64,000 bases of DNA, taken from NCBI GenBank assembly GCA_965228015.1, contig OZ245787.1, positions 1,736,698-1,800,697 of the forward strand, written 5' to 3'. The DNA comes from Peptococcia bacterium. GTDB lineage: Bacteria > Bacillota > Peptococcia > Peptococcales > SKKY01. The number at the start of each line of letters is the position of its first letter. Positions within the stretch are counted from its first letter, which is position 1. The position numbers and the translations under genes were made by a program. Under the pieces are notes generated by a model. The model saw only the letters and a program-made list of their open reading frames with translations. It ran no database searches and was not told where the DNA came from. Shown one piece after another: positions 52,302 to 62,279 of the stretch.

Positions 52302-52652
52302 ATGATTAAAGCCAGGTTCTTGTTTAAGGATTCAGATTATTCAGGTTTGGAAGTTTCCGGCCATGCTTTTTTTGATGAGTATGGGAAAGATATTGTTTGT
52401 GCAGGTGTTTCTGCATTGGCAACAACAGGATATAATTCTTTGTCCTTTCATATTGGGGAAGAAAAAATCCGACTTGAAATTGACGAATCTAAAGGTTACC
52501 TGAAATTTGAAATTATTGACGGAAATAAAGAAGATTATGAAAAATCAAATTTAATTTTGAAAACTATTGAGATTGGCATAGATTCCATTGCTCAGGCTTA
52601 TGCCGGGCATGTTACAGTAAAAAAAGGAGGTGGATGGCATGCTAAAAATTAA
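52302..52652 (+). CDS. prp: ribosomal-processing cysteine protease Prp
   Basis: About 116-aa ORF between rplU and rpmA, containing SGHA...[10 protein letters not shown] (His/Cys dyad region). Confidence 0.85.
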   Translation: MIKARFLFKDSDYSGLEVSGHAFFDEYGKDIVCAGVSALATTGYNSLSFHIGEEKIRLEIDESKGYLKFEIIDGNKEDYEKSNLILKTIEIGIDSIAQAYAGHVTVKKGGGWHAKN

Positions 52653-52917
52653 TTTACAGTTATTCGCATCTAAAAAAGGTGTAGGTAGCTCAAAGAACGG
52701 TCGTGATTCAGCTGCCAAAAGACTTGGAGTAAAACGTTCAGATGGTCAGAGTGTATTAGCAGGCAATATTCTTGTTCGCCAAAGAGGCACGAAGCTTCAC
52801 CCAGGTAATAACGTGGGTATTGGTGGAGATGATACTTTATTTGCACTGGTTACTGGTGTAGTTAAGTTCGAAAGAATGGATAAAAAGAGAAAAATGGTAA
52901 GCGTTTACTCTGCATAA
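52639..52917 (+). CDS. rpmA: 50S ribosomal protein L27 (with cleavable N-terminal extension)
   Basis: ATG 52639 lies after [30 protein letters not shown] carries the Prp cleavage-type motif. The track start at 52630 (GTG) lies inside the SD region. Confidence 0.93.
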   Translation: MLKINLQLFASKKGVGSSKNGRDSAAKRLGVKRSDGQSVLAGNILVRQRGTKLHPGNNVGIGGDDTLFALVTGVVKFERMDKKRKMVSVYSA

Positions 52918-52922
52918 TAAGG

Positions 52923-52949
52923 ACCTGGCTGAAATGCCAGGTTTTTTTC
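52923..52949 (+). terminator. intrinsic terminator after rpmA
   Basis: ACCTGGC pairs with GCCAGGT, followed by T7. Confidence 0.7.
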
Positions 52950-52981
52950 TTGTTTATTAATTTAGGAAGGAGGTTATACCA

Positions 52982-54256
52982 ATGTTTTATGATTATACAA
53001 AAATAAATGTTAAAGCCGGTGATGGGGGAAATGGTTGTTCTGCCTTCAGGAGAGAAAAATTTGTTCCCTTTGGTGGTCCTGCAGGTGGTGATGGAGGCAA
53101 AGGTGGAGATATAATTCTAAGGGCAGACTCGGGTTTACGGACATTAGTTGATTTTAGATATCAAGCTCATTATAAAGCTGATCGTGGTGAACATGGGAAA
53201 GGTTCATCTATGCATGGAAAAAATGCAAAGGAACTTGTTCTTAGAGTTCCTGTTGGAACAATTGTGAAAGACTCGGAAACAGGGAAAGTATTGGCGGATT
53301 TAATTGCCCCTGGGCAAGAATTTATTGCAGCCAAAGGTGGCCGGGGTGGAAAAGGTAATAAGCGCTTTAAATCTCCGAAAAATACAGCTCCAACTTTTGC
53401 TGAAAATGGTGATATGGGCGAAAACCGCTGGTTAATACTTGAGTTGAAATTACTTGCTGATGTTGGATTAGTAGGCTTCCCGAATGTAGGGAAATCAACA
53501 ATTATTTCTCAGGTATCTGCCGCTAAATCTAAAATTGCTGATTACCACTTCACAACATTAAGTCCAAATCTTGGTCTGGTTAAGCTTGAACATGGTGCAA
53601 GTTTTGTAATGGCAGATATTCCAGGACTTATTGAAGGTGCAGCGGAGGGAGCTGGCCTTGGTCACAGATTTCTTCGTCATACAGAAAGAACAAAGGTATT
53701 AATTCATGTTTTAGATATTTCAGGGTCTGAAAACAGAAATCCTGTTGAAGACTTTCATCTTATTAATAAAGAATTGGCAAAGTATAGTGAAAAACTTACA
53801 AAAAGACCAATGATAATAGTGGCAAATAAAATGGATATTACCGGGGCAGAAGAAAAGCTTGAAGAATTTAAAAAAGAAATTACCGGTTATGATATTTTTC
53901 CTGTCTCTGTAGCAACGGGTGAGGGACTAAAAGAATTAATTTATCATGCTTACAAGGTTCTGGAATCTCTTCCAGATGATATTCAGCTGGAAGAGATTCA
54001 GGAGGATCAAATTAAAGTTACTAAGGTTGAGGAAGAAAAGCAGTTCTATATTAAAAAAGATGGTAATGTTTTCTATGTTCTTGGTGACGAAATAGATAAG
54101 CTTTATCATAAAACTCAGTTTTCCAGCGAAGAGGCAATGCTTAGATTTATAAAAATTCTTGAAAATATGGGTGTCGTAGATGAACTGAGAGAAAAAGGTG
54201 CTGTTGATGGAGACACAATAGTTGTTAAGGATATAGAGTTTGACTTTTTAGACTAA
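52982..54256 (+). CDS. obg: GTPase Obg/CgtA
   Basis: Glycine-rich Obg fold (GDGGNGCSAFRREKFVPFGGPAGGDGGKGGD), G-domain GFPNVGKST, and a C-terminal OCT domain. Confidence 0.95.
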   Translation: MFYDYTKINVKAGDGGNGCSAFRREKFVPFGGPAGGDGGKGGDIILRADSGLRTLVDFRYQAHYKADRGEHGKGSSMHGKNAKELVLRVPVGTIVKDSETGKVLADLIAPGQEFIAAKGGRGGKGNKRFKSPKNTAPTFAENGDMGENRWLILELKLLADVGLVGFPNVGKSTIISQVSAAKSKIADYHFTTLSPNLGLVKLEHGASFVMADIPGLIEGAAEGAGLGHRFLRHTERTKVLIHVLDISGSENRNPVEDFHLINKELAKYSEKLTKRPMIIVANKMDITGAEEKLEEFKKEITGYDIFPVSVATGEGLKELIYHAYKVLESLPDDIQLEEIQEDQIKVTKVEEEKQFYIKKDGNVFYVLGDEIDKLYHKTQFSSEEAMLRFIKILENMGVVDELREKGAVDGDTIVVKDIEFDFLD

Positions 54257-54269
54257 GGAGAAATTAATT

Positions 54270-54917
54270 ATGATTAATAAATCTAATCAGGATTTTAAAA
54301 AAGCTTCTTTAGAAATGTTAAATAATTATTGGGTTCCGGCTTTATTTGTATCTTTAATTGTTTGGTTTTTGGCAAATAGTGCTAATACTTTTGCTACCAC
54401 AAGCGTTGAGGAAGTTTACCGTAATGGAGAGATTATAAGACAGACTGTTGAGAGGCAGAGTAGTTTTCTTGGGCTGTTAAATTTTTTCTTTTCAGGACCA
54501 GCATATTTTGGAGGAGCGGCTTTTTTCTTGAATTTATATCGAAGGAATAATCCTGAAGTAAGAGATGTTATTTCTGGTTTTTCAAAATTTAGTAAATATT
54601 TTCTTGCTGATTTAGTAATGTTTATTTTTATTGTACTATGGGCTTTATTATTAATAATTCCCGGGATTATTGCTGCTTACAGATATTCCATGGCTTGGTA
54701 TATTTTAAATGATAATCCGGAAATGAGCTTTATGGATGCAATTCAAAGAAGTAAAGAGCTTATGGATGGTAGCAAAATGGCATTATTCAGCTTACAATTA
54801 TCATTCTTTGGATGGTTCTTGCTTGCAATTCTGACTATGGGTATTGGGTTTATCCCACTATTTGCATATTACAGCGGAGCGAAAACAGCATTTTATGAGG
54901 AGCTTATAACAGAATAA
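54270..54917 (+). CDS. DUF975-like integral membrane protein
   Basis: 215 aa with multiple TM segments. The resemblance to the DUF975 family is from memory only. Confidence 0.45.
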   Translation: MINKSNQDFKKASLEMLNNYWVPALFVSLIVWFLANSANTFATTSVEEVYRNGEIIRQTVERQSSFLGLLNFFFSGPAYFGGAAFFLNLYRRNNPEVRDVISGFSKFSKYFLADLVMFIFIVLWALLLIIPGIIAAYRYSMAWYILNDNPEMSFMDAIQRSKELMDGSKMALFSLQLSFFGWFLLAILTMGIGFIPLFAYYSGAKTAFYEELITE

Positions 54918-54982
54918 GGAATATTTAAACTTCCCGGGAAGTATAAATGAAAAATCATTTATATGAATCGGGGAGTTTTTTT

Positions 54983-55575
54983 ATGCATGAATTTATTGAA
55001 AAAAACAAATTATTTATTATGGTAGGAGTTCTTTTTACATTATTCACTGTTTTTTCTTCAGAAAAGGAAGGAAGTGAAATTATAATAAGTGAAATAAATG
55101 AAGATCAAGAAATGCAGGAAGAAAAAGAGATAATTGAAGAAAAAATAAAGATTTTTGTTCATGTTGCGGGAAATGCAGGCAAACCAGGTTTATATGAGAT
55201 AAATAAGGGATCACGTCTAAATGATTTGATAATACCTGCTGAAATTACAAATATTGAAATTCTTGATAAATATTTTAACAGAGCCCAGATTTTATCTGAT
55301 GGAGAAAAAATATATATTCCCTTTCCTGAAGAACTGGATGAAAATCTTGAAGAAAAAGGATATTTCCGGGAACAATCAGATGTAAAACTTATTAATATAA
55401 ATACTGCGGATATTAATGATTTAATAAATCTTCCAGGAATTGGAGAGATGAAAGCAAGAGATATAATTGATTTTAGAGAAAAAATGGAAAATTTAAAATA
55501 ATTGATGATATAATAATGGTTAAAGGTATAGGCGCTGCCACCTTTGAAAGAATAAAAGAGTTAATAAAAACTTGA
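54983..55575 (+). pseudogene. comEA: competence protein ComEA (DNA receptor, helix-hairpin-helix), one frameshift
   Basis: ATG 54983 lies after GGGGAG. The protein has a TM anchor, a SLBB-like part (...VHVAGNAGKPGLYEINKGSRLNDLI) and an HhH motif (INTADINDLINLPGIGEMKARDIIDFRE). The frame changes 2 -> 1 at the A-run around 55481-55486. The tail is NGKFKIIDDIIMVKGIGAATFERIKELIKT, with stop at 55573-55575. Confidence 0.8.
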
Positions 55576-55590
55576 TTGGAGTGGATTGGA

Positions 55591-57260
55591 TTGATTAGTG
55601 ATCAGGTAACTAAAGGCGTTGAGAGGGCACCTCACAAATCTTTGTTTTATGCAACAGGGTATTCCCCTGATGATTTAAAAAGCCTCTTGTAGGGATAGTG
55701 AATGCACAGAATGAGATAATTCCAGGACATGTTCATCTGGATGAAATAGCAGAAGCGGCAAAAAAGGAGTTATTGCCAGAGGTGGTACTCCAATGGAATT
55801 TCCAGCAATAGAAATTTGTGATGGAATTGCCATGAATCATAGTGGAATGAGATATCCTTTGGCAAGTCGTGAGCTTATTGCTGATTCAATAGAAGCTATG
55901 GCCGTTGCTCATAAGTTTGATGCCCTGGTTTTAGTAGGTAATTGCGATAAAATAGTTCCTGGAATGTTAATGGCTGCCGCAAGACTAAATATTCCCAGCA
56001 TTTATATATCTGTTGGACCAATGCTTCCAGGTAAATTTGACGGTGTTGAAACGAATTTAATAAAAGGGGCTTTTGAGGCAGTAGGCTAGTATGATAAAGG
56101 TCAGATTTCAGAGAACACTTTAGAAGATATGGCTTTAAGTGCTTGTCCTACATGTGGAAGCTGTGCAGGGATGTATACTGCAAATACAATGAATTGTCTT
56201 ACTGAGGGTCTTGGCATTGCTTTACCTGGTAACGGTACAATACCTGCGGTTTATGGTCAAAGAAAAGCTCTTGCTCAAAAAGCCGGAGAGTCTGTTATGT
56301 ATTTATTGGAAAAAATATTCGTCCAAGGGATATTATGATTAAAGAGGCATTTATGAATGCAATTGCTCTCGATATGGCTATTGGAGGTTCAAGTAATACA
56401 GTTCTTCATCTTATGGCTATTGCCAATCAGGCAGAAGTAGCTGTTGATTTGGAAGATTTTGACAGAATCAGCAACAAGGTTCCAAATATCTGTAAACTTA
56501 ATCCTTCAGGAATTCATAGAATCCTTGATTTATATGAAGCTGGAGATATATCGGCAGTAATAAAAAGATTGATTGAAAATAATTATTTAAATGGAGAAAC
56601 AAAAACAGTATTTGGTGTTTCTCTTGCTGAAAGTGTATCTCATGCAAAAGCAAGGAACAATGATGTTATAAGAGAAATTGAAAATGTATATTCAAAAACC
56701 GGCGGCATCGCAATATTAAAAGGTAATCTGGCAATGGACGGAGCAGTGGTAAAACAAATTGGTGTTGCTAAAGAAATACTTGTTCACCAAGGACCTGCAA
56801 AGGTATATGATTCAGAAGAAGAAGCGTATGCTGCTATTCGTGGTGGTGAGATTGTAAAAGGTAATGTTGTTGTGGTTCGTTACGAAGATCCAAAAGGGGG
56901 ACCTGGAATGAGAGAGATATTAAGTCCCACAGCTTCAATTATCGGAATGGGTCTGGATAAAGATACTGCCCTGATTACTGATGGAAGATTTTCTGGAGGT
57001 ACAGTAGGTGCAGCTATCGGTCACGTTTCACCAGAGGCTGCTGAAGGTGGAGTCATAGCACTTATAAAATCCGGAGACCAAATTTCTATTAATATCCCTG
57101 AAAGGAAACTGGAAATTCTTGTTTCTGAAGAGGAATTGAGTGAAAGAAGAAAAAATGGGTAAAACCGAAGAGAGACTTAATGAAAAATTCCTATTTAAGA
57201 CGTTACGCAGCTTTAGTTACAAGTGCAAGCACAGATGCTGTTATGAGGGATGATATTTAA
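55591..57260 (+). pseudogene. ilvD: dihydroxy-acid dehydratase, four frameshifts and one in-frame TAG
   Basis: Frames 1 -> 0 -> 2 -> 1 -> 0. The shifts fall near 55675-55682, 55762-55770, 56312-56320 and 57140-57150, all at A-runs. TAG lies at 56087-56089 (FEAVG*YDKGQIS). The motifs [36 protein letters not shown] and ITDGRFSGG are all recognisable. Confidence 0.88.
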
Positions 57261-57296
57261 GAAAAAAGTATAGTTAATACTAAGGAGTTTTATAAA

Positions 57297-58820
57297 ATGA
57301 CCGGGGATCGGAAAAATACAAAGAAATATAATATATTGGGTCCTAAACTTGAGGCCTTACGATTTTCTTTAATCTATCTTTTCCTGGGTTTATTATTGAT
57401 TCTTCTGTCAGATAAAATCCTGTCGGTTTTTGTTAAAGACTTTGAGGTGTACAGTCACCTACAGTTATATAAGGGTTGGTTTTATGTATTTATAACAACG
57501 GTTTTGATTTATTTTCTGATTTATAAAAGAGGAGTAATAATTAGGGAAGCCTTTGACGAACTTAAAAAAGCAGCCTACTCAGATTCTTTAACGGGTCTTC
57601 CTAACAAAACAGCCTTTTTAAATGTTTTGGATAAATCTACCGGGTAAGGCAAACCTTTTTATTTTGCTTATATTGATTTGGATAACTTCAGATATATAAA
57701 TGATACCTTAGGACACAAAGCCGGAGATGATTATCTTTGTTTTATTGCAAAGGGTCTGTCTGAGATTTGCAATGATAATGAGTTTTGTGCAAGGCTTGGG
57801 GGAGATGAATTTGGTATCATTTTCTCCTATGAAGCAGATACTAAAAGAATAAAGGAAAGACTTGATGAAGTTTTCCAAAAATTCGGTAAGTTTTAGAAAA
57901 GAGAAAATCATCAGTTTTTTATTTCCTTTAGCACAGGAGTAGCAAAATACCCTGGAGATGGAAGCAGCTCTTCTGAATTGTATAAAAATGCCAATATTGC
58001 AATGAATAAGGGTAAAAAAGCCGGGAAAAATACAATAATATTCTTTGAAGAAATTCACTTAAAAAATGTTACAGAAAATGTTGAATTAGCCAATGATTTA
58101 TAGGAAACCATAGAAAATGAACAACTAGTACTTTATTATCAGCCGGTCTTTGATATTAATACAATGGAAAAAATTGGTCTTGAGGCGTTAATCAGATGGA
58201 AAAGTAATAAAAGAGGTTTTGTTTCTCCAGATGCATTTATACCTTTAGCTGAAGAAACTGGACAAATTTTACTAATAGACAGATGGGTGTTAACTCAGAC
58301 TTTAATAATGAAAAAGAAATTAGAAGAGCAGGAAATTAATTTGGGTCTTGGTATTAATTTATCAAGTAAAACCTTAATGGGAGAAATTAACTTCCCTTAT
58401 TTCCTGAATATTTTTGATGATTATGATGTTGATTTTTCAGGAATTACTATTGAAATAACTGAGACTGCAATAATCAATGATATTGAACCGGCAATTGACA
58501 GAATTAAAAAATTGAGAGGAAGAGGGATAAAAATAGCTCTTGATGATTTTGGAACAGGATACTCTTCCCTTAATCATTTGAAAAAACTTCTTATTGATAT
58601 TGTAAAACTTGATAAATCTTTTGTAGGAAGTATTTCTGAAAATAACCGGGAAGGCCTGATAATTAAAGCAATAATATCATTAAGCCAAAGTCTTGGGTTT
58701 GAAGTAATTGCTGAAGGAATTGAAACCGAAGAACAACTCATATATTTATAAAAAAATGGCTGTCCTTTTGGACAAGGTTTTTATTTACAGCGACCTGATA
58801 CCATAGAAAAACTTTTATAA
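57297..58820 (+). pseudogene. membrane-anchored GGDEF-EAL (diguanylate cyclase/phosphodiesterase) protein with four in-frame stops and no frameshift
   Basis: A single frame runs throughout. The stops are TAA 57645-57647, TAG 57894-57896, TAG 58101-58103 and TAA 58749-58751. The motifs GGDEF (RLGGDEFGI), EAL (LEALIRW), DDFGTGYSSL and QGF are present. Confidence 0.82.
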
Positions 58821-58829
58821 AAATATCAT

Positions 58830-58897
58830 AACCTCCGGTAAGGAATTCTTGTTTATTTCTTGAAAGATAAATAAACAAGAATTCCTTACCGGAGGTT
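58830..58897. repeat. 29-bp perfect inverted repeat (68-nt hairpin) between the GGDEF-EAL gene and comEC
   Basis: AACCTCCGGTAAGGAATTCTTGTTTATTT (58830-58858), a 10-nt loop, then AAATAAACAAGAATTCCTTACCGGAGGTT (58869-58897). The 3' arm contains the comEC Shine-Dalgarno GGAGG (58891-58895), and the ATG is at 58903. Confidence 0.9.
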
Positions 58898-58902
58898 TTA
58901 TT

Positions 58903-61065
58903 ATGCCTTTTATTAAAAACTGGATATTAGAAAGATATCTTTTCATTTTTGTTATATCTTTTATACTCGGGATATTTTCTGGCTGGGGCCTTGGAAAACT
59001 TGAAGTTTATTTTATTTTAGGTGTTTTAGTTTTTATATTTAAAAAAATAAAATATACATTTTTATATTAATTATTTCATTTCCTTTAGGCTTTATTTATT
59101 CGGATTATATTCTTGAAAAAACAGAAGAGAAAAGTGCTGAATATCAATCAAGAAAATTAATAGTCCTGATTGAGGAAGAGAAAAACAATAACTATACAGG
59201 GATAATATTAAATCCGGAAATGAAAGTATTAATTAATAGAAAAATTAATTTTTATTATAAGGGCAAGCTGGAAATTGGTGAAAGATATAGTGGAATTTTT
59301 AAGCTGGGAAATTTTAAATTACAAAGAATTCCCGGAGGGTTTAATGAAAAAATATATTATTTTAGTAATAATGTATTTTATAAAGGTAAAGGGGATAATT
59401 TTCAATTAATTGAGGACTCAGATAATTTATATTCATTTCTGTTAAAGTTCAGAAAGGAAATAATGGGAGAATATAGGGAACAATTTACAGGAAAAGCCAA
59501 AGGCCTTCTTCCTGCCCTAGTCTTTGGAGATAAATCGCTTTTACCTGAAGAAACAAGAGACAGTTTTCAGTTGCTGGGCATATCCCACTTACTGGCGGCA
59601 TCCGGACTTCATGGAGGGATTATTGCAGGGGCTGCATATAAATTATTTTCCCCAGGAGGATTTTATTTTAAGAATGGCGTTGCTTGATTTTTCTTTTAGC
59701 TTATTCCTTTTTAGCCGGTTTTTCTCCTTCAATAAATAGAGCAGCATTAATGTTTTTCTTTTTTTCTCTAAGAAAATTTTATTTAAGATATCCGAATCTC
59801 TGGACTATTTTATCTTTAAGCGCCATCCCTCAAATATTAATAAATCCCTTTGTGGTTTTTTCGGCAGGTTTCCAGCTGTCATATTTAACAATTGGTGGTA
59901 TAGTACTTTTTCATAAAAAAAGAGATAGTAAAATCTCTTTATCTTTTGCTACAGTAGCAGGTACTCTTCCCATAGTAATTTATTATTTTAATAAGATTTC
60001 TTTTATTGGAATACTGGTAAATTTATTTTATGTTCCTTTATTTTCTTTGATTACCCTTCTGGCAATGTTAAGTTTGTGTTTTAATGTCTCTTTCTTTACA
60101 TTATATCTGGATAAATTTGTAAATTTTATAATTTTTGGAACAGAGCAGCTTTCTGAGAAATTTTTATTTTTGGATATAAATATTTCTTCCCCAGAATTTT
60201 GGGAGATTTTATTATATTATTGTTTTTTGTTTTTGATATTAAGTAACAGAAAAATAAAATTAAAAATTTCCGGGATGCTTTTAATATTTCTTTTAATAGT
60301 TAGTTTTTCTCCGAAAAAGTGGGAAATATCATTTTTAGATGTGGGACAAGGGGATTCAATCTTTATTTTTACAGAGAATGAAAAAACAATTCTTATAGAT
60401 GGTGCCCCTGGGGAAAAGAAGTAGGAAAGTATTTATCATATATGGGTATTAATAATCCGGATTTATTTATAGTAACTCATGGAGATGCAGATCATATTGA
60501 TGGAATAATATGGCTGATTGAAACCCACCCCCCTAAGAGTTTGCTGCTGCCAATTAATCTGGAATCAAATCTTTTACTTGAAACACTACTTGATTCAGCA
60601 AAGAAAAATAAGGTTAAAATAATTTATGGCTATACAGGTCAAAAGTTCTATATTGGTAATACTACCCTGGAGATACTATCTCCGGATAGGTATCAAAAGT
60701 ATACTACAAGCAACAATCATTCTTTTCTTGTTTTAGTCAGTTACGAAAACAAGAAAATATTACTAACCGGAGATATTAAAAAAGAAATAATAAATAAAAT
60801 TAGTATACAAGAAGATATTGATATTCTTAAAGCTCCTCATCATGGGGGCAATACCGGGGTTTCTAAAGAATTTTTTAATAACTCAAATATTAAATTAAGT
60901 GTTATTTCCTGCGGAGAAAATAATTTATATGGTCATCCTGGGGAAGGTTTTCTAAATTTACTTAAAGATAAAAAGATCTCCTTTTTACGAACAGACAGTC
61001 AGGGAACGGTATCATTTATTTTCAATGGGAAGAAAGATTTTCTTATTAAAACAATTTTAGACTAA
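58903..61065 (+). pseudogene. comEC: DNA internalization competence protein ComEC/Rec2, three frameshifts
   Basis: Frames 1 -> 0 -> 2 -> 1. The shifts lie at the A7 run around 59043-59049, near 59680 and near 60412-60425. The competence domain contains LGISHLLAASGLHGGII and the C-terminal metallo-beta-lactamase part contains FLDVGQGDSIFI...THGDADHIDG. Confidence 0.82.
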
Positions 61066-61100
61066 AAAAAGATTCAGTATAATGATATAATCATGGAGAG

Positions 61101-62279
61101 GTGATGAGGTTGCATAGAAAATTCCTTGTATTAATATTATTGTTTATGTTTTTAGTATCTTCAACAGCATGGGGAGCCCCGGTTATTGAAGAAAATGATT
61201 TGGATAGTTATGTTTTAATTGACAGAACTTCAGGTCATGTTCTCCTTGAAAAAGGTAAGGACACCATTGTAAATGTTGAAGGAGCCACAAACATTCTAAC
61301 CTCAGTAATTGCTGTTGAAAAAGGAGACCTTGATAAAAAAGTTTCCATTGGTGAAAATCCTGTAAAAGTTATGGGAACTAAAGTCTATCTTCAAGAGAAG
61401 GAAAAAATTCTGTTATCAGATTTGGTAAAGGCTGCTTTAGTTTATTCTGCCAATGATGCTGCTATGGCTATAGCAGAACATATTTCCGGAGACGATCTGT
61501 CTTTTGTGGAACTATTAAATATCAAGGCCCGAGAAATAGGCTGCGAAAATACAGTTTTTACAAATTCTTATGGTCAAAAAGACTCAAGACACGTTACAAC
61601 TGCATATGATTTAGCTTTAATTGCAAAATATGCAATGAATAATGAAAAAATTGCTGAATATGCAAAAATAAAAAGCTTTAACTGGTCTGGAGCAAGCTGG
61701 CAGGCTTTGTTAACAAACAGAAATACTTTGCTGGAAGATTATCCTGGAATTACAGGGGTGATGGCTGCTACAAGAGGAGATCAGGAAAGACTGGATCTGG
61801 TTTTTTCATACCAGCTGGATGATAAAGATTACATATTAGTTATGACAAATGCCAGAGCAGTTAAGGCTTTTGACTATGCTGCTCAGCTTATTGAATATGC
61901 TTCAGAAAATTTCCAGGTTGTAAGACTGGTGGATGAGAAAGAACCTATAATTACAGTTAATACAATTGATGGAGAGGTAATTCATGGTTTAAGTGAAAAG
62001 TCCATTAGTATTCCAATTCGTATTGGAGTTAAGGTTGATGCAACAAAGGAATTTTTTATGGATGAAATAAAAAGACCATTAAAAGAAGAAGAGAAAATTG
62101 GAGAGGTTGTTTACTCTGTAGGTGGACAAGAACTGGAGCGGATAAATGTTCTTTCCAGTAAAAAACTATCTATAAAATTAAGTTATTTTGATATGGGAAT
62201 ATATGCTTTTGCAGGTTTATATTTGATACAAATAATTTACAGAATTATGAAAATAAGAAGAAAGCCAAAAAGAAGATAA
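61101..62279 (+). CDS. D-alanyl-D-alanine carboxypeptidase (PBP5/DacF, peptidase S11) homolog with degenerate active-site motifs
   Basis: It has a signal peptide, the S11 fold and a PBP5 C-terminal domain. ATNIL (residues 62-66) stands where SxxK is expected. SAN (116-118) is kept. MAA (221-223) stands where KTG is expected. Confidence 0.65.
   Translation: MMRLHRKFLVLILLFMFLVSSTAWGAPVIEENDLDSYVLIDRTSGHVLLEKGKDTIVNVEGATNILTSVIAVEKGDLDKKVSIGENPVKVMGTKVYLQEKEKILLSDLVKAALVYSANDAAMAIAEHISGDDLSFVELLNIKAREIGCENTVFTNSYGQKDSRHVTTAYDLALIAKYAMNNEKIAEYAKIKSFNWSGASWQALLTNRNTLLEDYPGITGVMAATRGDQERLDLVFSYQLDDKDYILVMTNARAVKAFDYAAQLIEYASENFQVVRLVDEKEPIITVNTIDGEVIHGLSEKSISIPIRIGVKVDATKEFFMDEIKRPLKEEEKIGEVVYSVGGQELERINVLSSKKLSIKLSYFDMGIYAFAGLYLIQIIYRIMKIRRKPKRR

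Noticed and set aside
19688-58751. In-frame TAG/TGA/TAA codons as evidence for an alternative genetic code, pyrrolysine or selenocysteine
   Set aside because: All three stop codons also terminate clearly intact neighbouring genes (TGA: the KOW gene, ecfT, truA; TAG: adk, rpsK, rpsD; TAA: secY, rplQ). The interrupted genes frequently also carry frameshifts. The codons flanking the stops show no common context. I saw no SECIS-like or PYLIS-like structure, and the gene families are not known seleno- or Pyl-proteins.
12912-61065. All frameshifts being homopolymer sequencing or assembly errors
   Set aside because: This cannot be excluded without reads. However, comparable A/T runs inside essential genes are in frame, for example the A8 run in secY near 1949-1956. 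The lesions cluster in non-essential genes and co-occur with base-substitution stop codons and IS insertions. I kept this as the main caveat in the findings.
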